A stretch of DNA of 62,722 nucleotides. Source: Octopus bimaculoides. Taxonomy: Eukaryota. Below the pieces are notes generated by a model that worked only from the letters and a program-made list of their open reading frames with translations, had not been told where the DNA came from and ran no database searches. The DNA lies in NCBI RefSeq assembly GCF_001194135.2, contig NC_068983.1:108130641-108193362 (forward strand), read 5' to 3'. The stretch's first letter is position 1. Each line of letters opens with the position of its first letter. Position numbers and translations under genes: made by a program. This document shows positions 39,149 through 49,711 of this stretch, piece by piece.

Positions 39149-40679
39149 GTGATCAGTGTCTGCTTAGGTAGGCTATCAGCTTCTAGAAGCTAATATTCCT
39201 GTAGTCTCTTTTCCACAGCCATTTGAAATGTAGCTAGTAGAATTAAGAAGTAAAATAACAGACTCAGCAAAATAATAAACACTGCACCACCCCAACAATG
39301 GCTACATTATATGGTCAATAATAACCTAGTTATGTGGAATTAAATACATTGTACTATATAACAGAAACAAACATAAAACCATAATCTGAGATGAAAAAAA
39401 ATCGCAAAGCAAAAGAACTCAACTTATGATCTCTAGTTTGAATTACTGCTCGGTCCTGCATAATAAAGAAGCAAAAGAAGACAACAAAAAGAGCCAAAAT
39501 AAACAAACAAGAATTAAAACCAAATCTGATATATATTGTAAAATAAACAGAAAATAAATTAAGAATAAACAAGATAAAGAAGCAAATCTGAGATATAGTG
39601 TAAAATAAACAGAAAATAACAGCAGTTGTTAGTTGCTTAGGCATTTTTTTTTTTTCTTTTTCTGCTCTATTTTTTCTTTTCAATATAGAAACAGAAATGT
39701 AATAACGTTAAGATTTGACATTAATAATAATAAGACAAACTGAAGCTGACAACTTTTACTATGATTTATTTTCACAAAGGTTGATCTTTAGCTAATAAAT
39801 TTGTTTTGGTTTGAAATCTGTCAAATATTTTCAAGGAAAATGGAAGCATTGCAAACTTGATGGTCTCACCTGGCATGTAAAAATAGCATCATAACATCAG
39901 TAAAAACTGTATTGTAGTAACAAAAATGCTAGACTGGGCAACAGTAGCACATTTTTATTTTACCCTGAGTGATGCAAATCAAGGATTTTAATTTAGCTTG
40001 CTGAAGGATATGTTTATAAAATTTAATTATTTCCTTTTAGAACTAGTGTAAGAAACTTGAATAGAAAATGTTGAAATGTAATATTACAAGCAGGCTGCTT
40101 TCAACTAAACATTCATAGGTAAGGCTTCTCTGTAAAATGTTTTAATAACTCCATGTACAGGCATGATATTCCATCATGTACAGGCATGATAATCCATCAT
40201 TTCCTGATTTAAAATTGACAATACAAAGATGATCTCTAAGGAAATTTAGCCAATTGATTAGAAAGGTTGGCAGAAATTATTGATTTACATTAAGTCATTT
40301 ATCAAAATCATCTAAACAATTTTCAGAATTGTTTCTGTGTGAGCGCATGCAAATGTGCTAGTATATCAAAAACATAATAAAAGACCCTCAATGCAGTACA
40401 ATTCACAGAAAGACTTGAAGCACAAGGCATTGTGATATGTAAGAACCCTGATTCAAAGTACTACTTGAATGCAATAGTCATTACCATCATTATCATTAAG
40501 GTTTTATTGCTTACGTTTCCAAATAAGGCAAATGAAATACTATCAGGCAGAGTTTCTACAGCCAGATATGATTCTAGTTAGGGTATATTTTCATAGTAGA
40601 TTAGAAAGACATGAACCTGCTTCAATCACAGTGACACTCATTTACAACAATCATGTAATCTAAAAATGAGGAGGAAAGA

Positions 40680-40907
40680 ATATATAAACGTATATATAAA
40701 CACACACACACATATATATATACATATATAAACATATATATATACACACACACATATATATAAACATATATAAGCATATATATATATACATATATATAGA
40801 AATATAAACATACATACATATATATACATATATAAACATATATATATATACATATATAAACATATCTATATATACATATATAGACATACATATATATAGA
40901 TATATAA

Positions 40908-40957
<50 letters not shown>
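40680..40957. repeat. Cryptic (TA)/(CA) microsatellite abutting an RTE 3' end
   Basis: Direct reading. Confidence 0.95.
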
Positions 40958-40961
<4 letters not shown>

Positions 40962-41325
40962 ATGATGGCCATCCACTCGTGACCAAGGAAGACCATTGCT
41001 GACCTTCAGGAACATTGTGCGCTCTAGGACTAACTTATATTTTGCATTTGTGGCTCCGTTGGTGGCTAATGAGCCGTGCTCTTGACAAGCATACACGACT
41101 GCAAACATTGCACACCAAGCTTTCCCCATTCACTATACGAGCTGTGTGCTTTCGCGCAGCTCACTTAAGTTCTTCACGCTGGATATGTGCTCTCTCAAAA
41201 GTGTTGATCCTCTCCTTAACCTGCTTCCTCCATCTGTGGGGATGACAGGCATTGTTCTCCCAGTCAGTGACCTGCATATCACAGGCCTTTAATGAGAACT
41301 TGACACAGTCCTTAGATCACAGCCT
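40958..41325 (-). mobile_element. RTE (BovB-like) LINE 3' end with a terminal C2H2 zinc finger
   Basis: Minus-strand translation DCVKFSLKACDMQVTDWENNACHPHRWRKQV...LKRAARK, then LVCNVCSRVCLSRARLISHQRSHK. Confidence 0.75.
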
Positions 41326-41332
41326 TTAAGTT

Positions 41333-43200
41333 AGATTGATTTGCCCAGGTAAATCTGATTTGGGTAAACTTACTAAAGCAATTTTAGATAAGTATATTCC
41401 TGTTCTTAAAGTAAAAATAAGATTGCAATTCTTATCTAATAACTATGAGGTAACTGATTGGTTTAATAGAGTTAGATTTAATAGTAGGAATAAGCTCATG
41501 CAAATGGATATTGTTAGCTATTACTGTTCAATTAACCAAATCGTCTTAAATAAAACTCTCATATTTGCGAAAAATAACTCTAATATCAAGATGGATGAAA
41601 TAAGGATTATTTTAGCCTCTAGAAAAACAAAAATAGAGTTTGAAAATAAGTATTGGACTAAGATTAATAGTATGGATGAATTTGATATGGCAATGGAATC
41701 AGCTGATTCTGCTAAAGTTACAGATTTAGTTGGGATTTACATTCAATTTACCCTAGGTAGGGACTTTACTAACCTGGAAGGAAGTCTTTATAGGGATGAA
41801 GCCCTTTTTACAGTTAGGAACATGTCTAATAGAAAGATAGAGCTATATAAGAAAAAATTACACAGGTTTTTTAAAAAGTTTTGGACTTTCTATAATGATT
41901 CAAAATGAGCATGAATCGGTGGACTTCCTTGACGTTAATCTTAATTTTTTTTACAGGTCAATACCAACCATACCATAAAACAAACTTTAGTCTTAGGTAT
42001 ATTTACTTTGAAAGCAACCATCCTGGTTCTGTGAAGAACTTTTTAGTTTATGATATTTTCAAAAGAATTTCAAATTAATCATCTAATAGAGAGATTTTCA
42101 ATAAAAATGCCAACTACTATAACATCACACTTAGCAAAGCTGGATATAAACAGAGATTAGTATATTGTCCTAATAATATTGGTAGTTCTAATGACCTAGT
42201 TGTTTCCCATACAAACATGGATTGGAAAATAATAATTAGGAAATAGGAACAGAAATAAATTGAAAAATATTAAATTTAAGAATATTAAAAAACAATATTA
42301 AAAGCAGGATATGTGAATTATGGGAAACAATATACTGCTTAGTTCTTCTAATCTTTCTAGTAAGGTCAGGGGTGGGAGTAAAAAGATTAGAAAGCAAACA
42401 CCTTATATATCCGATAATGTTCGTAAATGTGGAGGTTATAATGCATCTTCTAATGAGAATGAAACTGTTTGGTTTATTGTTCTATTCACTAAGCAGATTA
42501 AGGGTAATTTGGTCGGTGCGTTATACAAATTATTTTCTAAACACTTCACAAAAAAAGAAAAGAGTTACTATGATATTATTAACCCTAGGCACTTTAGAAT
42601 TGGTCATTCTGTATTTAGTAATTTATACAAGAGAAAATTGTATTCTTTTTTCATAAAACTTGTAATGGTAGTAAATGCCGTTCTATTAATATCAACAGAA
42701 CAAACATAAGAGAATAGAGTGAATGTAGGACATCTAATGTACAAAGGGAAGCTACTTAAGTGAAATCCCATCCTAACCTTTTGAACAAACAATTAAAATC
42801 TAATTAGTAAAGATGGGAAACAGTATAATAATGTGAGGGATACAGATAATACTTTTTGTGACTGCAGGGTTAAAAGTAAATGTTTGTTTAAGAATTACTA
42901 TAACTGAAAAAATGCTGTTTACAGGTGTGCGGTATATTCTGAAGGTAGAAATTACGTTTACATAGGTGGAATGCAAAATTTTATTAAAAAACGTATTTCT
43001 AACCATATTTACACCTTTAATAATAATGATAGGTCTGCTTCCAGTAGCCTTAGCAAATTTAATTGGTAAGTTTTTCTGCTTTTTTTCTTTAGAAGAGCTG
43101 TATTTGATTCAAGTTTGGAGAAGCCTATTAAATACTAAGATGGAAATGGGATTTTCTTGTGTTCATGCATCAAAATGGACATTTAGGAACTATCATTAGG
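41333..43200 (+). mobile_element. Penelope-like element: decayed RT plus C-terminal GIY-YIG endonuclease
   Basis: RLICPGKSDLGK, QMDIVSYY, FDMAMES, LYRDEA (canonical LYRDDG), VDFLDV, ESNHP, TVWF, then CDCRVKSKC..VYRC..YVYIGG..KKRISNH..SLSKFNW (42857-43067). Confidence 0.88.
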
Positions 43201-43254
43201 TTTGTAGTAATCATTGATAATAGCTTATATTAGACATATTTATATTTGAATAAA

Positions 43255-43255
43255 A

Positions 43256-43353
<98 letters not shown>

Positions 43354-43405
43354 TATATACATATACATATATTTGTATATGTATGAGTATATGTGTATAT
43401 ATATG

Positions 43406-43465
<60 letters not shown>

Positions 43466-43505
43466 TATATATAGATGTGTGTATGTATGTAGATATATGT
43501 GCATG
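43255..43505. repeat. Long (TA)n/(CA)n microsatellite
   Basis: Direct reading. Confidence 0.95.
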
Positions 43506-44151
43506 TGTTTATTTTCTGTAGGTTAATCTAGCAATATATGGGTCCCATTTGTATTTGCTTGATACATATAGACAGTGTATTTGCATAAACATTGATTAAC
43601 ATACCAATTTTGAATTCAGTTGGGTGGAGTTTGATATATATTTCGTTAAACTGTATTATTATCGACAGGCATATGCTCGATGAATTGTCATGTCTAGCTG
43701 CTCTCTCTTTAACACTTAATCTATAACGTTCTTCCCCATTCACTAGTTTTATCCACTATTCTTTTTCTCTCAATAATGTCTATGTTTCAACTATCATAAA
43801 ACCATCAATGAACTGTTGTGTATCACACTGGCATGAGTAAGGATGTGTAGAAAGTATTTGTTTTTGTGAATATGTTGCAATGAAGGTTTCCATGGAACAC
43901 TTGTGTTAAAAAGAAAACAAACATTTCTGAGTTTGTTGAATGTTAGCCTACATGTTGTTAAATTTCTTTAAAAAATTCTCCATGAGGAATATATGCAATA
44001 CACTGGTTTCGTATATGGAATTCTATTTCTGAAATTAAAGAATTCTGTATCAAAACAGGTGTAGGTAAGAACTGCTATGTATTATTTGAATGACTTCAGA
44101 TAAAAATATCTGTATGAAAATCTTTTCTATCATCTCCATTTTCTTCATTTA

Positions 44152-44932
44152 NNNNNNNNNNNNNNNNNNNNNNNNNNNNNNNNNNNNNNNNNNNNNNNNN
44201 NNNNNNNNNNNNNNNNNNNNNNNNNNNNNNNNNNNNNNNNNNNNNNNNNNNNNNNNNNNNNNNNNNNNNNNNNNNNNNNNNNNNNNNNNNNNNNNNNNNN
44301 NNNNNNNNNNNNNNNNNNNNNNNNNNNNNNNNNNNNNNNNNNNNNNNNNNNNNNNNNNNNNNNNNNNNNNNNNNNNNNNNNNNNNNNNNNNNNNNNNNNN
44401 NNNNNNNNNNNNNNNNNNNNNNNNNNNNNNNNNNNNNNNNNNNNNNNNNNNNNNNNNNNNNNNNNNNNNNNNNNNNNNNNNNNNNNNNNNNNNNNNNNNN
44501 NNNNNNNNNNNNNNNNNNNNNNNNNNNNNNNNNNNNNNNNNNNNNNNNNNNNNNNNNNNNNNNNNNNNNNNNNNNNNNNNNNNNNNNNNNNNNNNNNNNN
44601 NNNNNNNNNNNNNNNNNNNNNNNNNNNNNNNNNNNNNNNNNNNNNNNNNNNNNNNNNNNNNNNNNNNNNNNNNNNNNNNNNNNNNNNNNNNNNNNNNNNN
44701 NNNNNNNNNNNNNNNNNNNNNNNNNNNNNNNNNNNNNNNNNNNNNNNNNNNNNNNNNNNNNNNNNNNNNNNNNNNNNNNNNNNNNNNNNNNNNNNNNNNN
44801 NNNNNNNNNNNNNNNNNNNNNNNNNNNNNNNNNNNNNNNNNNNNNNNNNNNNNNNNNNNNNNNNNNNNNNNNNNNNNNNNNNNNNNNNNNNNNNNNNNNN
44901 NNNNNNNNNNNNNNNNNNNNNNNNNNNNNNNN
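44152..44932. other. Assembly gap (N)
   Basis: Run of N. Confidence 1.
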
Positions 44933-44966
44933 TATATATACACATACACATATATATATGTCTATA

Positions 44967-45498
44967 TAAGGAGCAAATATTCAGGAGTGAATATTTATAC
45001 AGATATTATTATTGTTATTATTATGCACGCTAATATAAATAGTTGATGATAACAACAACAACAACGATACAAGTGGTTGCTGGCCTAAAATAGCATTAGA
45101 AAGCTATAGAATTAAAATTTATATCAATAACAACATTTAAAAATACAACAGAAAAACAACAGTTGTCAGGTGAAAGGGCCACAAAAAATCTTCCACATAC
45201 CTATATAGCCCAATGCTATATATTTCTTGGTATTTGGATATATGTGGACCATGGTTTCTGGTCTGGCAAACAGCCTCACCTTCCTCATCACATTGAAGTC
45301 TGTCAGCATTCTGAATTAATTTGTGCCAAAATCAGAATGGCATCAGTGTAAATATACCAATAAGGAGCAAATATATTCAGGAGTGAATATTTATATAGAT
45401 ATTGTTATTGTTATCCACGGTAATATAAATAGTTGATAATAACAACAACAATAATATAAGTGATTGCAGGCCTAAAATAGCATTTGATAGCTATAGAC

Positions 45499-45500
<2 letters not shown>
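44967..45500. repeat. Diverged direct repeat of about 145 bp (44967-45113 and 45361-45500)
   Basis: Both copies begin taaggagcaaata(ta)ttcaggagtgaatatttata and end ggcctaaaatagcatt..agctataga. Confidence 0.85.
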
Positions 45501-45532
<32 letters not shown>

Positions 45533-45538
<6 letters not shown>

Positions 45539-45798
45539 CAAATAGTAAATGAGTATATGCATATATACGTACAGGGAAGCGATTTGAGTCATAAAGGGAA
45601 ATTATGTGAAAAGTGATGATGGAGCTCCATATCATTCCAGACAATTTGCTCCAGGTGTTACCAGCAATGGCAGAACTGCTGGAAGAAGTATATGAACTCT
45701 CAACGGTGGGTATTTTGAAGGAGATTGAATAAAATTTGTTGATCTTTTTTATACCCAAAGGTTAAATAATTTTTAAATGCATCTCATACATTGAATGA
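45533..45798. repeat. 266-bp block, copy 1, identical to 46267-46532
   Basis: Sequences match by eye and give identical ORF-track translations; copy 1 ends at a gap. Confidence 0.92.
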
Positions 45799-46106
45799 NN
45801 NNNNNNNNNNNNNNNNNNNNNNNNNNNNNNNNNNNNNNNNNNNNNNNNNNNNNNNNNNNNNNNNNNNNNNNNNNNNNNNNNNNNNNNNNNNNNNNNNNNN
45901 NNNNNNNNNNNNNNNNNNNNNNNNNNNNNNNNNNNNNNNNNNNNNNNNNNNNNNNNNNNNNNNNNNNNNNNNNNNNNNNNNNNNNNNNNNNNNNNNNNNN
46001 NNNNNNNNNNNNNNNNNNNNNNNNNNNNNNNNNNNNNNNNNNNNNNNNNNNNNNNNNNNNNNNNNNNNNNNNNNNNNNNNNNNNNNNNNNNNNNNNNNNN
46101 NNNNNN
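45799..46106. other. Assembly gap (N)
   Basis: Run of N. Confidence 1.
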
Positions 46107-46266
46107 CAGAGGAAGAACGAGAGGGGTAAAGAGAGATATGTAGTAGTAAACAGAGGAAGAACGAGAGGGGGAAAAATTGAGGAGAAAGAGAAAGAGATAG
46201 AGTAGCGTCGGAAAATATAAAGTTACGAAAACTACTTACAGATTGGTGACGCTGCGTTCGGTCATG

Positions 46267-46532
46267 TAAAAACAAATAGTAAATGAGTATATGCATATAT
46301 ACGTACAGGGAAGCGATTTGAGTCATAAAGGGAAATTATGTGAAAAGTGATGATGGAGCTCCATATCATTCCAGACAATTTGCTCCAGGTGTTACCAGCA
46401 ATGGCAGAACTGCTGGAAGAAGTATATGAACTCTCAACGGTGGGTATTTTGAAGGAGATTGAATAAAATTTGTTGATCTTTTTTATACCCAAAGGTTAAA
46501 TAATTTTTAAATGCATCTCATACATTGAATGA
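46267..46532. repeat. 266-bp block, copy 2
   Basis: See copy 1. Confidence 0.92.
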
Positions 46533-47189
46533 GATGCAGAAAAATAAATCAACAAAGATTTGGATATTTGCCTGTAATTTTATCAATGTTGTACCCTACA
46601 TTTTGAATAGCAGATTGTTTCACTTTCTAAATTGTCATAAGCAACATGTTTAGGATACCTTAATACATTTTGCAGTCAATGGAATACTCATATGTAATTT
46701 AAATATATCCAAGTAACTCTATACATATTCTTTTATACTACATGGAATACTCACATGTAAACATGTTACACTTTATTAGTTGAAGTTATGTCAGTCATTA
46801 GTTTATCTTTTGATAACAGTCTTTTGAATAGTCATTATTGTTAATTCCCACAGGTACTTAGAGCAACAGTTAAAATTGATTGTTGCTGAAATGAGATATT
46901 TCCCTTGAACAGTAATAGTTTTGCTGTCAGTGTCAAAAGCCATGGTGCATATATTGTCAGCCATTTGCCAAATAATGAATAGAGAAATGTTAAAGTAATC
47001 TTTTTAGCATCTTTTATTGATGTCTCTGTTTTTTTGATAACTGAAACCATTCAAAGTAGTTTTAAGATGTTCAGAAAACAAAACCTAGATTTCAGTTTCA
47101 CAGTAAATATCGACCATCACCAACATCACCAAAAAATCGCTATATTGCTGTGCAAAGGATACACAATGTAAATATTTAAAATAAGTGGT

Positions 47190-48000
47190 TTATGAATGTG
47201 GATAACATAGTTCTCATGGGAAAATTTATCAAAGTGTTGCAGAAAAATGATAAGAACTTGGAAGAATTCAGAAGTCTAAAGTTTAACATGACAAAGTTTA
47301 AAATGCTAATTACTAACAGAGAGCACAAAATACCAGTGCTCCAGGTAAATGGCCTTGGTCAACATGTAGGAAGGAAGTATCTAAGAACTTCACAGTCCAT
47401 GCAATTGTGTATCAATTGCAGGGAAGAAACTGATACACAAAATGTACAAAAGGAGCTGGAAATTGATTGGGAATCATAATTTAAGATGTTACAGAGGTAT
47501 AGGTGTAAGAACATCTATGAAATCAATTCCATGATCAGCCCTACTAGACATGTTTGATCATTTTTACTACATATGTGATCTAATTAATGCTGACAGTGGC
47601 TATAGCAAAAACATAATTCCTATAGTAAAGAAGCAGAAGATGTTTAAACAGCTGTTGCATTTGTAGGCAATAAAGGTCTTTCTTTCTTCTTGTGAAAAGA
47701 AACTTTATAAAGATGTGTATGAAAAATAATTTTGCTTGACTGAGGTACAAGAGTATTAAATGCAAAAGATTTGTGCAAGTTAAAGAGAAATATGCAAAAT
47801 ATGATAACATAGATGTGCAATATTAACCTATTTGAAAAACACAGCAGCAAGTGAAAAAAGAGAAAGAGGTAGGATGTAGGCTATTAATGGTATTACTCAA
47901 TGTATACATAATAGATGATGTAGAATTTGCCATATGCTAAAAGTGACAGGAAGATGAAGAAAACAGGATGAAATATTTGATGTGATCTCAAGATGCTGGA
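47190..48000 (+). pseudogene. Very old LINE RT C-terminal remnant
   Basis: VDNIVLM (YADDIALL-like), LKFNMTKFKML (LKINxxKTKVM-like), VGRKYL (KYLG-like) in ORF 47192..47479; extent approximate. Confidence 0.45.
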
Positions 48001-49560
48001 CGTCACAAACCAAATGAGGAATGATTAAGATAAGTGGTTAAATATTGTATGAGAAGCCAGCCTACCTAATGCCAGCAAATAAAAAGAGACATCAAAGATG
48101 ATGATGGTGAAATTCATAATTTCAACAAGAATAGGCTCTTAGTTTGGATGAGAATCATTTTAATTTTAAAAACAAAAACATTTTTTTTAATGTAAAGTAA
48201 CATGTTCATGAGTTAACAGAAGCAATACCAATGATTTTAGTACTTAGTGAATTGTAAAGCAAGTCAGAATTTTCTGTCAATTCTCTGAAAAAGAAAAAAA
48301 AGAGCAATCTAGTATATGTTGCTGTTAACTATTTTTACAAAACATTATTAGTGAATTAGTGGAGCAGGAAACGAAGAGTTTTAAAGGAATGTGAAATAAA
48401 ATGCAAAACAAAAAGCAAATATAATGATATTGACTGCTGCCGACAAACTAAAGGCTGATATTCAAAATGAATACCATAAAAGAGAAGCCATATGATAAGA
48501 ACTATAGGAAATATATAAAAGAGCAACCAGAACAGGATCAGTGAACATACATAAAGCTTTCAGAAATATCACTAAAAAAAGACAGAAAATTTAGCTACAC
48601 CATATAGAATTTGTGAGTCATATGAATTCCAGTTTCAGAAATGTATCGTTTGCAAATAATTTATTCACTGAACTTTTTATTGGAAATGTTGTATTCATGG
48701 TAATGTAATATAATCATGATCAAATCACAGTTTCACTACCAGATTCTGATCATCCTGAGCTTTTCAATAATAAATTCAAGCAACATTAATCTCAAAATAT
48801 GTAACCATGTAAAAAGGCTGTTTTTATTGAGGAAACCTGAGAGCAATGAACCTCCAACTCTTCTTTCCCAACTTACAAATCTCTTTTTTAGATTAATAAT
48901 ATATTAATAATAGAAGCTTCTACATACTTCAAATAACAATAGTTATCAAAGAAATAATTAAACAATAAATCAATTAAAGATCCCAAAATTTATGAACCAT
49001 TTCAGTGTTACAGGTAAAATAAAAAGTACAAAAGAGGATAAAAACATTTGTTCTGTTTTTCTCCAATCCAATCTATTTATTGGTATATTGCTAAAAAATT
49101 ATAAAACATAGTAAAAATCATTATCAGTGTTAACATCCATTTTCTCATGCTGGTATGGATTGCATCGACCTGCTATTAAATAGTTGTAAAACCAGAATTT
49201 TTCTACAAAGAGAGAAGTGGCTCAATGGTAGAGACAACATTTAAAAGAGAAACCAAAGGTATGTTTCATTGTTTTTTAATTAACGATATATTTTGGTGAG
49301 ATAGGAGATTTTGAAAAATGCTACTTATAATTACTTGAACAGATTTAAGAATTTTAAATGACTTTCTTTTGGCTTGTTGGAATATGATATAAGACATAAA
49401 GACAGAATCAACTATTCCCAGAGGATTAGGCATAAGTTAGAGCAATGGAAAATCAAGAGAGAGAACTGGTAGCTGTGAATGTAAGTTCTAGCAGGAAGTG
49501 AGGCTGTTCTATGGGTTATTGAAGTTATGCCAGGAAACAAACTGGGTAGGTTAGAAAGAG

Positions 49561-49564
<4 letters not shown>

Positions 49565-49610
<46 letters not shown>

Positions 49611-49644
49611 NNNNNNNNNNNNNNNNNNNNNNNNNNNNNNNNNN

Positions 49645-49710
<66 letters not shown>
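49565..49710. repeat. (TA)n, gap N 49611-49644, (CA)n
   Basis: Direct reading. Confidence 0.95.

Positions 49711-49711
<1 letters not shown>

Noticed and set aside
40152-40199. Short two-copy tandem repeats (23 bp here; 29 bp at 17697-17750; 36 bp at 39520-39620)
   Set aside because: Ordinary slippage duplications with no further structure.
43655-43690. gacaggcatatgctcgatgaa downstream of the Penelope element as a second hammerhead
   Set aside because: Only a gcatatgc palindrome; both CUGANGA and GAAA core elements are missing.
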